Positions 32,005 through 41,586 of a stretch of DNA of 64,000 bases are shown here, piece by piece. Within the stretch, counting starts at the first letter, position 1; each line of letters opens with the position of its first letter. The notes under the pieces are model-generated. The model saw nothing but the letters and a program-made list of their open reading frames with translations. It did no database searches and had not been told where the DNA came from. Both the position numbers and the translations under genes were made by a program. The DNA lies in contig CAYMXN010000001.1 of the NCBI GenBank assembly GCA_964394435.1, forward strand, positions 170,428 through 234,427, in the 5' to 3' direction. Source of the DNA: an uncultured Candidatus Saccharibacteria bacterium. GTDB taxonomy: Bacteria; Patescibacteriota; Minisyncoccia; UBA6257; 1-14-0-10-44-23.

Positions 32005-33000
32005 CTAGCTGTGTCTGATCTCCATTATGTCTCCGTCTTTGACGGTGTACTCTTTTCCTTCTACGCGGAGTACTCCCTTTTGGCGAGCGGCTGCCCAACT
32101 TCCATATTTTACGAAATCTTCATATCCAACTACTTCAGCTCGAATAAACTTTTTTTCAAAATCAGTGTGAATGGTTCCGGCGGCTTGTGGAGCGAGCCAA
32201 CCTTTTTGAATCGTCCAAGCGCGTGTCTCATCTTCGCCGGTGGTAAAGAAGCTAATGAGCCCAAGAATCTGATACGCCTTGGTAATAATTTCTGGAATAT
32301 TTTCAGCAGTCGCCAAGTCGGCGATGACGTACTCGTTGCCTTCAGCGGCGATTTTGGCTTTTAACTCTGGAGAGACTTCCGATTCGGAACCATTGAGGAG
32401 ATAGAATTTCGGCTTGGTAGTGAGTAAGAACAACTGTTTGATAAACGGGTCAGTGGCGAATTCGCGGATTGATTTTCCTGCCTTAAGTGCGTCGCGCACT
32501 TTTTTAAGTGCTTCAACTTCCTTAATCGCATCCTTTTTGCCGCCTTTAACCTCAACCTCTGCTTTTGGTAAACGCTTTTCTACGCTTTCGAGATCTTTGA
32601 GCGCGAGTTCGGTATTAATAATCTCCATATCACGAATTGGGTCGACGGAGTTTTCGACGTGGACGATCTCGGTCCCACCGAACACGCGTAGTACCTGTAC
32701 GACCGCGCTGACATCGCGAATATGAGTTAAAAATTGATTTCCAAGTCCTTCTCCGGAAGCCGCTCCCTTAACTAGCCCAGCAATATCATAAAACTCAACT
32801 ACGGCCGGTACTTTTTTCTTCGACTTAGACATCTCGGTAAGTTTTTCTACGCGAGCGTCTGGCACAGCTACTACGCCAACGTTTGGGTCAATGGTTGCGA
32901 ACGGGTAGTTGGCGATTAGAATGTCGTTTTTTGAGATGATTTTAAAAAGCGTGCTTTTGCCGACATTAGGAAGTCCTACGATGCCGATTGAAAGTTTCAT
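32005..33000 (-). CDS. ychF: Redox-regulated ATPase YchF
   Basis: GLPNVGKST, ANYPFATIDPN, DIAGLV, FFTTG..ETRAW, TGS domain. Confidence 0.96.
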   Translation of the reverse strand: MKLSIGIVGLPNVGKSTLFKIISKNDILIANYPFATIDPNVGVVAVPDARVEKLTEMSKSKKKVPAVVEFYDIAGLVKGAASGEGLGNQFLTHIRDVSAVVQVLRVFGGTEIVHVENSVDPIRDMEIINTELALKDLESVEKRLPKAEVEVKGGKKDAIKEVEALKKVRDALKAGKSIREFATDPFIKQLFLLTTKPKFYLLNGSESEVSPELKAKIAAEGNEYVIADLATAENIPEIITKAYQILGLISFFTTGEDETRAWTIQKGWLAPQAAGTIHTDFEKKFIRAEVVGYEDFVKYGSWAAARQKGVLRVEGKEYTVKDGDIMEIRHS

Positions 33001-33009
33001 AGTTTATTT

Positions 33010-33179
33010 AAAAGTGGCCGCTGCGAACTCTCGCGAGTTCCAGTGGTCGGGATGGTTCTTGACCTGATTTTAGAGTCTACACCCCGAGGTATGCGAGTTC
33101 CGAGTTCGCGTTGCCAATCAGCCAAGCTTACTGCTAACCCCTCTGGAGCCACGCGCAACGCTACCCACAAGCGACCAGC
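33010..33179 (-). promoter_or_regulatory. Structured ~170-nt leader or sRNA ending in a terminator just upstream of ychF
   Basis: TTGATT-N17-TACTAT promoter; terminator-like hairpin 33016-33048 plus T-run. Confidence 0.45.
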
Positions 33180-33576
33180 TTCAAAATAGTACCCTAGTTT
33201 ATTTGTAAAATCAATTTAAAAAAATAACCGCCGCCAGCGAGGTAGTGCTGGAGGCGGAGCGTGACTCGAGTCTCTTATTTTTCGATCTCCCGCCAAGCGA
33301 CGCTTGACTGAAAGGAGAAACTTTAGCAGCGCGACTACCTTCCGCCCCCGGAACTTGTAATCATATGTGGCGCGTTTAAAGTTGAAGGGGTCTTTTACCA
33401 CCCAGTACCCTTCTTCTTGGACCAAAATCGGCGGAAAAACATTCGCACGGGCCCGCCTCGGGTGGTCCACAAACGAGAAATACCGGCAGGAGGTTGCCCT
33501 GCTTGTCGATCGCTAATCGACTTCCGGCAAGCACTCGAATGTCATTTTGTGCCAAAAACAGAATAACCTGATTTTC

Positions 33577-34011
33577 TTAGTTAGTCAACACTCCTTCGGC
33601 TATCAACTCTTCGAGTACTCCTTCAGGGATTAGTGGTCGCTCACCTGCTTTGGTGCGACCCGGATAGCGCCACGCGCTAATCATCGTAAGACGTGATGGA
33701 ACGATTTTTAGCCCAGGTTTTACGGCCGAAGTCCCCATCTCTTTACGCGACATCCTTTTATTCGCCTTATACATTATCCAGATTTCGGTTTCTGGTTGTT
33801 TGCGTTGCCCGGAGGTCGAGGCGGTTTTATTGATGTTATGCTTAACTATTTTCATCGCTGCGATTGTTCCCGGCGCGATACCTTCTTCCGTTCTATCTGG
33901 CGAACGTAGTACGCGAAACAGTGCCGAGGCGGGCAAATTATAAAAAACCATCTTATTTTTGATATGCCTCGTCCAACTTGCTCGGGTTGTATTTTCTGGA
34001 AACTTAAACAT
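33577..34011 (-). CDS. Hypothetical protein
   Basis: 144 aa ORF abutting the ftsQ-like gene; WTRH...EEGIAPGT...ISAWRYPG. Confidence 0.7.
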   Translation of the reverse strand: MFKFPENTTRASWTRHIKNKMVFYNLPASALFRVLRSPDRTEEGIAPGTIAAMKIVKHNINKTASTSGQRKQPETEIWIMYKANKRMSRKEMGTSAVKPGLKIVPSRLTMISAWRYPGRTKAGERPLIPEGVLEELIAEGVLTN

Positions 34012-34826
34012 TAGCGAGGCTTTACGAGTGCACGATTTTCAACGGTAAGATCAACATACTCAAATCCGGATAAGCCGGGACTAATGCGAAGCTTTTTAAG
34101 TGCGGGGAGTGCGCTAATTGTTGGGTCGAATCGGAGACTGAAGTAGATGTTCGTACCGTTTGCTGCTTCAATTTCGACGCGAAAATCTTTGCGCACAATA
34201 CGAATTTCTTTTACTGCTAACTGCATTTGCTTAACTGTATCAAGAATCTTTTTCGCATTTGTAAACGCGTAGGCGTCTAGTACATTATCTCCAATTACAA
34301 ATTGGCTGCTGGTCGCATATTCGGTTATTTTGGTGATAATTTGCCCATCGGGAATAGCGGATGGTTCAAATGCGATTCCCTGCGTGTCTATCCAGTAGCA
34401 TTGTTCGAGAAATGCTGGTTCTTCGCCGGTGATTGCTGGTGCGATGCACCAAACGGCATATTGTGTTCGTGGAACAACTTGGATACTTATCGTTCGACTT
34501 AAAAAATCTTTTACGATGCTTGTTGAAGCGTATTCAATGTTTGAGTATTGGATAGTTGGGTCCCAGGAGAGGTAGTTTTCGGTGCCGAACAACCTGCCCC
34601 AAAATGTTGTTGCGATTTGCGGCTTTAGTTTCTCGATGAGCGCTGTTGGTTCGATATCGTCTGCCCCGATAACACTGATGCGTTGTATTTTAAAAAGGCC
34701 GGTAAAGCCGATACTGTAGGCGATTATGATGACGACGAGCAAGGAAACGCCAAGCCACGCATATACTTTAATGCGCTTAACTTGCTTCTTCTTTTTGTAG
34801 CGTGTGTTTCCGTAGAGCTGGTTCAT
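34011..34826 (-). CDS. FtsQ/DivIB-like cell division protein
   Basis: Basic N-terminus, single TM, POTRA-like region, C-terminal EYVDLTVENR. Confidence 0.75.
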   Translation of the reverse strand: MNQLYGNTRYKKKKQVKRIKVYAWLGVSLLVVIIIAYSIGFTGLFKIQRISVIGADDIEPTALIEKLKPQIATTFWGRLFGTENYLSWDPTIQYSNIEYASTSIVKDFLSRTISIQVVPRTQYAVWCIAPAITGEEPAFLEQCYWIDTQGIAFEPSAIPDGQIITKITEYATSSQFVIGDNVLDAYAFTNAKKILDTVKQMQLAVKEIRIVRKDFRVEIEAANGTNIYFSLRFDPTISALPALKKLRISPGLSGFEYVDLTVENRALVKPR

Positions 34827-35086
34827 CCCGTTAGAGATAGGAAGCGCCCCATCCTATTTTTCAGATAGCGCTTACCCATACCAGTTTTTAAATACACTTC
34901 TCTCGACCGGGCGTCGTCGCGATCCAAACACATCTTACAGTATATGAGTGCGAATGGTCCACGATTTTTTGTCCACTGCGATTGGTTCATGTTGTGTTGA
35001 GTGAGGCGCTTCCGTATGTCATTCGTAAATCCAGTATACCAGCGTTTATCTTTTTTGCTTTGCAGGACATAGACGTAGTAAAACAT
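34823..35086 (-). CDS. Small GIY-YIG endonuclease
   Basis: YYVYVLQS..YTGFTNDIRKRL.QHN...RE.YLK. Confidence 0.92.
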   Translation of the reverse strand: MFYYVYVLQSKKDKRWYTGFTNDIRKRLTQHNMNQSQWTKNRGPFALIYCKMCLDRDDARSREVYLKTGMGKRYLKNRMGRFLSLTG

Positions 35087-35105
35087 TTTTTATCTCTAAC
35101 GGGAT
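34825..35105. repeat. 15-bp perfect inverted repeats flanking the GIY-YIG gene
   Basis: ATCCCGTTAGAGATA (34825-34839) and TATCTCTAACGGGAT (35091-35105). Confidence 0.85.
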
Positions 35106-35131
35106 TCATTCAGTTTGGATTAGTTAGGCAG

Positions 35132-36274
35132 TTAGTCGGTGATGATATGTTCGATAAGCGGATTGATGCGTGTGATGATTTCGTACGGACTAGTCCCAAT
35201 TTTCAGAGCTACTTCGCGAGCGGTAATTTCTTCTTTCTTATCTTTACCGATAATAGTAGCGATTGATCCAACTTTTGCTCCGACACCTGTTACGTCGATC
35301 GCGATCATATCCATTGAAACGCGGCCAAGCACTTTGGCGCGCTGTCCATTTATCAGCACTACTCCACTTGATGAGAGTGCCCAAGGGTAGCCGTGCCAGT
35401 AGCCGATAGGTACGATAGCGATTTCGGTTTTCCGGGTAAGACGTTCGGTGAGATCGTATCCGATATACTCCCCTTTATTGCCGGTTTTAACCTCGCTAAT
35501 GACCGCTCGCCAGCTTAGCGCGGGAGTTAGGCCGAGTGAGGGCATCTGAATTTCGAGCTCTTTCGAGGGGTATATGCCATACAGACCGATACCAACACGT
35601 ACAACATCAAGATGGTATTTTTGATCAAGGAGTGTTCCTCCGGTAGCGGCGATGTGGCGTTTGATATTAGTAAATCCGGCAGCTTCAAATTGTGCGATCG
35701 CCTCCTGAAATCGCTTGAACTGCTGCTCGGTAAAGGTCGGGTATGCGATATCTTTGGCGCTCGCAAAGTGTGAAAAAATACCTTTAAGCTTAAGATTTTC
35801 TTTCTTTACTTTTGTAATTACTTTTTTTACGTCCTGCACAAAAAAACCCTGTCGTAACATCCCGGTGTCAATTTTGATATGTATCTCGGGACGGTCGATT
35901 GGCGACTCGATTTGTTCAACGAGCGCTTCGAGGCCTTCAAATGTTGAAATTGAGAGCGTAATTTTATATTGTGCGGCTTTTTGGTAAAGCGTTGGCAGTG
36001 TTGAGCCGAGAACTAAGATTGGGCGTTGAATTCCCTGTTCGCGCAGTTTAATTCCTTCGATAACGCTGTCGACACAAAATCCACTAATGCCGAGCTCATT
36101 GATTACTTTCGTAAATGAAAAAATGCCGTGGCCGTACGCATTTGATTTTACGACTGACCAAACTTCTGTTTGTTCAGCTGTGAGTGATTTAATTACTTCT
36201 AAGTTATGAGCGACCGCACTCCGCGATATTTCAATCCACGTTTTCCATTGCGGAGTAGTTTTTTGTTGCGCCAT
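35132..36274 (-). CDS. alr: Alanine racemase
   Basis: VVKSNAYGHG PLP-lysine motif, HIKIDTGM, GRVSMD. Confidence 0.96.
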   Translation of the reverse strand: MAQQKTTPQWKTWIEISRSAVAHNLEVIKSLTAEQTEVWSVVKSNAYGHGIFSFTKVINELGISGFCVDSVIEGIKLREQGIQRPILVLGSTLPTLYQKAAQYKITLSISTFEGLEALVEQIESPIDRPEIHIKIDTGMLRQGFFVQDVKKVITKVKKENLKLKGIFSHFASAKDIAYPTFTEQQFKRFQEAIAQFEAAGFTNIKRHIAATGGTLLDQKYHLDVVRVGIGLYGIYPSKELEIQMPSLGLTPALSWRAVISEVKTGNKGEYIGYDLTERLTRKTEIAIVPIGYWHGYPWALSSSGVVLINGQRAKVLGRVSMDMIAIDVTGVGAKVGSIATIIGKDKKEEITAREVALKIGTSPYEIITRINPLIEHIITD

Positions 36275-36342
36275 ATCTTATTAGTATATCAAAGAATAAA
36301 TAAGGCCCCCAGGTACGACAGCGTACCTAGGGGCTAGTTCTC

Positions 36343-36639
36343 TTAGCGTCTCATTTGGCGACGCACTTCGGGGTCTTGCAGAAGCATGTCCATGAACTGC
36401 TTCTGCTCCTTGCCGACGGTGCCGGGCGGCTGCAGGAGAAGGATTCCAAAGGCGCGCTGGACGCTCTGCGCGGCTCTGCGCGTATACCCCTGCAAAACGT
36501 CGCGATGCGGCGGTGAATGCATCGCAGTCTTTACGACATGATCGACCGCACCGCGGTCGATCGCCGAGCTTTCGGGGCGAAAGACGTCGTGCAACCCGTC
36601 CTCCGTGTACTTAATTCTCGGCCGAGACGAAACTGACAT
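36343..36639 (-). CDS. Small orphan hypothetical protein
   Basis: GGAGGG SD, hairpin leader, terminator ~36303-36335. Confidence 0.6.
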   Translation of the reverse strand: MSVSSRPRIKYTEDGLHDVFRPESSAIDRGAVDHVVKTAMHSPPHRDVLQGYTRRAAQSVQRAFGILLLQPPGTVGKEQKQFMDMLLQDPEVRRQMRR

Positions 36640-36766
36640 ACTAACCCTCCAAACTACAGCTAGCCTCGATGCTTCTCGTGTCGAGTCCCATTTCTCGCTG
36701 CGGAAGCATCAATAACTAACTTTTCGAGTATAATACAAAAATCCCGCCTGTAAAGCGGGACTTTGT

Positions 36767-38050
36767 TTATTTGATTTCTTTGACTCCGGAGTATTTTTGC
36801 AGAACTTTTGGAATTTTAATCGTACCTTTTTCAGTTTGATTGTTTTCCATAATCGCAATGAGGATACGGCCGATGGCAAATGCAGTAGCGTCGTTGGTGT
36901 GTGCGTATACCGTTGTTCCGTCTGCTTTGCGAATCTTGGTCGCGAGGCGTCGGGTTTGATAATCGGTCATTAAGTCAGAGGTGTGTGTCTCACGATACCT
37001 ATCCTGACCAGGCATCCACGTCTCCATATCTACCTGGCGAGCGTCCGGCTTACCCATATCACCCGTACAGATTTGTACAACTTGGTATGGAAGCTCTAAT
37101 TGCTGTAGGAGATACTCCTGAATCGCAATAAACAAGCGCTGCTCCTTTTCGGAGTCTTCTGGAAGTGTAAATGATTCCATTTCGAGCTTGTCGAATTGAT
37201 GCATACGCAAGATGCCTTTTGTATCTTTGCCATAACTACCGGCTTCACGGCGGAAGCTAGTCGAGTACCCAATGTACCGAATTGGCATATCTTCAGCCTT
37301 AAGGATCTCGTCCATATACATCGAACCAAGGGTGTGTTCAGCACTACCAATCAAGTAGAGGTCGTCTTGATCGAAGTGATAGCGCTCATCTTTATCGGCC
37401 GGGCTTAAGCGCGCCATACGAACATACGGCTCTGGTTTAATCATTACTGGCGGGATTACCGGTACGAATAACTTCGGGTTAAATCCTTTTTCGACGCTAT
37501 TCGCTAATTTCTTCATCACCTTTTCGTCGGTAAGCGTATCAAAGACAAACTGAATAATACCCATTTGAAGCTTGGCGAGCGCTCCTTTGAGATACACAAA
37601 GCGAGCACCAGAAACTTTAACGGCGCGCTCGCTGTCGAGCAGTCCGAGTTTTTCGCCGAGCGCTACGTGATCGAGTGGCTTAAAGGAAAACTTGGTCGGC
37701 TCACCCCACTTTCGAATTACTTTGTTTTCTGACTCATCTTTACCAGCTGGTACGTCCGGATGGAGTAGGTTTGGAATCTGGTATACGAGCTCGATGCGCT
37801 TTGCTTCGAGCGACTCAACTTGCTTTTCCTTTTCGCTAATTTCGGTTTTCAGCTTTTTCGCCTCTTCGATTTTTCGCTCCGCTCCATATTTTTTCTGTAG
37901 GGCGCGAGCTTGCTCAACTTCATTTAAGAGTGAGCGCCACTGCTTATCGACGGTTAAGAACTCATCGACAATCGCGCTATTCATATTGCGCAACTTCATC
38001 GAGTCTTTGTATGGCTGTGGATTTTCGCGAAGGTGTTCGATGTCGATCAT
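36767..38050 (-). CDS. serS: Serine--tRNA ligase
   Basis: N-terminal coiled coil, FRREAG, RMHQFDKLE, DYQTRRL. Confidence 0.96.
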   Translation of the reverse strand: MIDIEHLRENPQPYKDSMKLRNMNSAIVDEFLTVDKQWRSLLNEVEQARALQKKYGAERKIEEAKKLKTEISEKEKQVESLEAKRIELVYQIPNLLHPDVPAGKDESENKVIRKWGEPTKFSFKPLDHVALGEKLGLLDSERAVKVSGARFVYLKGALAKLQMGIIQFVFDTLTDEKVMKKLANSVEKGFNPKLFVPVIPPVMIKPEPYVRMARLSPADKDERYHFDQDDLYLIGSAEHTLGSMYMDEILKAEDMPIRYIGYSTSFRREAGSYGKDTKGILRMHQFDKLEMESFTLPEDSEKEQRLFIAIQEYLLQQLELPYQVVQICTGDMGKPDARQVDMETWMPGQDRYRETHTSDLMTDYQTRRLATKIRKADGTTVYAHTNDATAFAIGRILIAIMENNQTEKGTIKIPKVLQKYSGVKEIK

Positions 38051-38059
38051 AGAAGTATG

Positions 38060-39511
38060 TTAGTTATCTTTTTTAGGACGAAGGATTGGGAAGAAGACGG
38101 TTTCACGGACTGGTTTATCAACGAGAATTGAGAAGAGTCGTTCGGAAATGCCAAAGCCGTGGTTTGGTGGCATACCGTACTCCATTGCTTCGAGGTAGTC
38201 CTCATCGAGACGCTGCGCCTCTGGGTCGCCAGCCTCACGGAGCTTTTGCTGCTCCTCAAATCGAGCACGCTGATCTTGTGGGTCGTTTAATTCGGAAAAT
38301 CCTTTGCCGAGCTCGGTACCGGCGGCTACTACCTGGAAACGAGCAACCTTATTACTGCCCGGCGAAAGACGCTTAGCAAGTGGCTCGATATCAACTGGTG
38401 GGTTGATTAAGAAGCATGGCTGAACTAACTTGTGGCGAATCTTTTTAAAGATTGCGTCAGTGATACGTCCACGGCCAATATGTTTTGTCGTATCGATTCC
38501 CTGCTTTTTCGCATGCTCATAGAGCTGCTCGTCGGTCGCCGTATTGAGGTCGATACCCGTTTCTTTCTTAAAGATATCGAAGTAGTCGACACGCCCCCAT
38601 TTCTTTCCCCAATCGATTGTGATATCGCCACGCTTAGTTTTTAGCGTGCCCATCGTTTGCTTAATAACGTATTTATAGAGTTTTTCGATAAACTTCATAC
38701 CACCTTCGTAGTCCTGGTACGCCCAGTAGTATTCGAGCTGGGTGTAGTCCTGGAGATGTTCGGCGTCAATGCCTTCGTTGCGGAAAATGCGCCCGATTTC
38801 AAATACTTTTTCAAAACCACCGACAAGCAAACGCTTGAGCGGAAGCTCGAGTGAGATACGTAGTGAAAGGTCTATGTCGAGTGCGTTCATATGAGTCATA
38901 AACGGTTCGGCATCAGCACCACCGGGGGTTTGTTCGAGTACCGGCGTCTCCACCTCTAAGAATCCGTTTTTAATTAAAAACGTGCGGAATGCGGCCCAGA
39001 ATTTTGTTTTCCTTTTGAATGTTTCGCGAAGCTCCGGGTGAAGCATTAAGTCGAGGTAGCGCTTGCGCAAGCGAGTCTCGACGTCGGCGATACCGTACCA
39101 CTCGGAAGGAATTGGGCGAATTGATTTAGTGATTGTGCGGAACGAGGTCGCCTGTAAGCTCTTCTCTCCTTTTTTCGTTACAAACGCGGTGCCGGTCGCC
39201 TCGACAAAGTCGCCGATATCAGTGTTATTGCGCACGAGCTCGAAGTTTTTAGTCGCGTCTTTAGAGAGAACAAGTTGAATCGCTCCGTTTTCATCTTTGA
39301 GGTCGAGAAATGAGATACCGCCCTGTCCACGCAACGCAAAAATACGCCCAACTAGGGTTATTTTTTTCTTTTTGTTGTTATAGCTCTTCCAATCAGCGAG
39401 GAGTTCGCTGATGGTGTGCGTGCGCTTAACTGACGCGGGATACGAGTCATATCCTGCTTCAGTTAAATTATCTTTTTTCTTGAGTCGCTCTTTGATGATA
39501 TCTTCGAGCAT
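38060..39511 (-). CDS. lysS: Lysine--tRNA ligase (class II)
   Basis: OB fold, EVETP, FRNEGID, YGMPP..GFG. Confidence 0.96.
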   Translation of the reverse strand: MLEDIIKERLKKKDNLTEAGYDSYPASVKRTHTISELLADWKSYNNKKKKITLVGRIFALRGQGGISFLDLKDENGAIQLVLSKDATKNFELVRNNTDIGDFVEATGTAFVTKKGEKSLQATSFRTITKSIRPIPSEWYGIADVETRLRKRYLDLMLHPELRETFKRKTKFWAAFRTFLIKNGFLEVETPVLEQTPGGADAEPFMTHMNALDIDLSLRISLELPLKRLLVGGFEKVFEIGRIFRNEGIDAEHLQDYTQLEYYWAYQDYEGGMKFIEKLYKYVIKQTMGTLKTKRGDITIDWGKKWGRVDYFDIFKKETGIDLNTATDEQLYEHAKKQGIDTTKHIGRGRITDAIFKKIRHKLVQPCFLINPPVDIEPLAKRLSPGSNKVARFQVVAAGTELGKGFSELNDPQDQRARFEEQQKLREAGDPEAQRLDEDYLEAMEYGMPPNHGFGISERLFSILVDKPVRETVFFPILRPKKDN

Positions 39512-39562
39512 ACGTATAGTAGTTATTAGTTGCGGCTTATAGCTAAAAAACTACAAACCGGG

Positions 39563-40018
39563 TTATTCAATTTTGAGAATCTTGTAAGTTGCTTCACCGG
39601 CTGGAATCTTTATCTTCACCTCATCGCCAGCTTTTTTGCCAATAAAGGCTTTGCCAAGTGGTGATTCGTTGGAAATCATACCAGCTTCCGGACGAGCTTC
39701 GTTTGCGCCAACGATAGTGTACTTAAACTTTTTACCTTTTACCTCAACGTCGATAGTCGCACCAATCTGTACCGTTCCTTTGCCGTGCGTCATCGTAATG
39801 ACTACCGCATTTTTGATAATATCTTCAATTTCAGAAATACGGGTTTCTACCCACTGCTGCTCTTCACGAGCTTCAAAGTATTCGGAGTTTTCCGAGAGAT
39901 CGCCAAGTTCTTTGGCGCGCTTAAGACGATCAGCCACATCCATGCGCTTCGTGGTTTTCAGTACCTCTAGCTCCGCCTTTAACTCTTCTAACTTTTCGGC
40001 TGTTACGTGGTGCTCCAT
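39563..40018 (-). CDS. greA: Transcription elongation factor GreA
   Basis: GDLSENSEY, ISNESPLG motifs. Confidence 0.96.
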   Translation of the reverse strand: MEHHVTAEKLEELKAELEVLKTTKRMDVADRLKRAKELGDLSENSEYFEAREEQQWVETRISEIEDIIKNAVVITMTHGKGTVQIGATIDVEVKGKKFKYTIVGANEARPEAGMISNESPLGKAFIGKKAGDEVKIKIPAGEATYKILKIE

Positions 40019-40094
40019 ATATATAGTACTAATGATAAGTTGTTGCTTAGCCTATCATATCCGCCCCTCTTCGCATAGTGCCGATATGCACAGA

Positions 40095-40856
40095 CTAGTT
40101 TTTGCTATTTCCGAGAATTCTCCTAAACCAGATACTGATCGCCTCGCCCATAAAACTCATTGAGCGAGCAAACGTGTTTCGCTTTTGGTTATTACACGCC
40201 CAAAAGATCGGAATTTCTTTAATTTTTAGCTTTTTCTTCTTCGCGAGGATCAGCGCCTCAAGGTCAAACGCCCACCCATTTGCCTGAACAAGCGGAAAGA
40301 TGGCGTCCGCGGATGAGGCCGAGAAGCACTTAAATCCACATTGCGTATCTGATATCCCGCGAATGAAAAATAGTTTTGAGAAGAAGCGCCAAATGCGGGC
40401 GCGAAGTTGCTGTGCACTACTTGGTTTTGGGCTCATACTGCTGCCGGAAAGATAACGCGAACCGATTACGATATCGTAAGCGTTGTCTCGCTCGGTCGCA
40501 CTCGCATCACCGCTTGGCGCAAGATATGGGCGCATTTTCAGAAACTCAACAACGGTTGCCGAGTTGTCCGCGTCTATCGCAAGCTTCCAACTTCCTTTTG
40601 CCGCGCTCATTCCTGTGCGTAGTGCGTACCCCCTCCCTCGGTTATCTGGAAGTGCGATTACCTTCAGATTCGTAATCATAGTCGCGAGGCGTTCGACGAT
40701 TTGCGCGGTTTGATCTTCTCCCTTGCTGATAACCGCTATGATTTCATATGAAAAATCTTGCTGTGAGAGATGTCGATCAACATCAATGAGTGTCAGCGGG
40801 AGACGCTTTGCTTCGTTATACGCGGGGATAACAACTGATAAAAATGGACGAGCCAT
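40095..40856 (-). CDS. GT2 glycosyltransferase (dolichyl-phosphate glucosyltransferase-like)
   Basis: SVVIPAYNE, DAD, GSR, DTQCGFK, WAFDLE. Confidence 0.9.
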   Translation of the reverse strand: MARPFLSVVIPAYNEAKRLPLTLIDVDRHLSQQDFSYEIIAVISKGEDQTAQIVERLATMITNLKVIALPDNRGRGYALRTGMSAAKGSWKLAIDADNSATVVEFLKMRPYLAPSGDASATERDNAYDIVIGSRYLSGSSMSPKPSSAQQLRARIWRFFSKLFFIRGISDTQCGFKCFSASSADAIFPLVQANGWAFDLEALILAKKKKLKIKEIPIFWACNNQKRNTFARSMSFMGEAISIWFRRILGNSKN

Positions 40857-40966
40857 TGGGGTAGAGATATGAATTACGAGTTATGAAGTGCGAACTAAGA
40901 GGCGAGAATAATTATATTGAAAGTATATCACGGGTTGGGCTGATTTTGATGCTTAACCGTACCCTA

Positions 40967-40994
40967 TTGACAAATATTTATAGTGTGCTATAAT
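40967..40994 (+). promoter_or_regulatory. Consensus sigma70 promoter
   Basis: TTGACA-N16-TATAAT with extended -10 TG. Confidence 0.8.
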
Positions 40995-41000
40995 ACTTTT

Positions 41001-41586
41001 ACCGACGTGGATGGGCCCTGAGCCCCTCTCCACGGGCGCGTGTTTTTTGCGATGCGTGTTTTTGAGGTAGGTTGTTCGAGTGATTAGCCCCCGGTGGCCG
41101 TACACTTGAATCCCCTCCTCTGTCCGGGTCGACAACGACTCGGAGGTTCGCGGATACTCGACTTGGTAGGTCGAGTCGGGACGTGGTCTTATCGGACCAA
41201 CCCGCGCAGGTCCTAGAGATAGGGCCGAATTCCTCCTCTGTCCGCTGAGGGGGTACGGTCATCGCCGGGATAGTAGTGGGGTGCGAAAGTAACTCCACGA
41301 CAAAGAGCTATCTCGACCGATGGTTGAATGAGCTTTAGGTAAGCTCTGGGTGAATCGTCAGCACCCTAAATTGAGATGGATTGGCCTGCAACTCCGGGGG
41401 TCAATGTCAACTCAAAGCTAGTCGTGCGAGTCATCGGCGTGTACCAAATGCTACGATGACAGCGACGAACAGGTTTCGTACTCTGCCTGCAGTGTGCGTC
41501 GCAAGTTAACGGGTTAAATTCCCGTCGATGTGCACAAAGAGTGCTCTTCCCCTGGTTGCCGTAAAGCGTAGCCAGGGGATCTTTTT
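41001..41586 (+). ncRNA. Putative large (~585 nt) structured ncRNA with 3' tRNA-like module
   Basis: Consensus promoter, no + strand ORF >=60 aa, many hairpins, T-arm-like ACGGG-TTAAATT-CCCGT, terminator 41548-41586. Confidence 0.65.

Noticed and set aside
33216-33555. 84-aa - strand ORF, possibly frameshifted from an upstream frame
   Set aside because: No clear start signal or recognisable motif, and it runs into its own terminator; cannot support as CDS or pseudogene
41492-41540. tmRNA call for the 41-kb RNA
   Set aside because: No GGGG 5' end, no CCA end and no evident tag ORF; the acceptor-like stem is local rather than formed between the 5' and 3' ends
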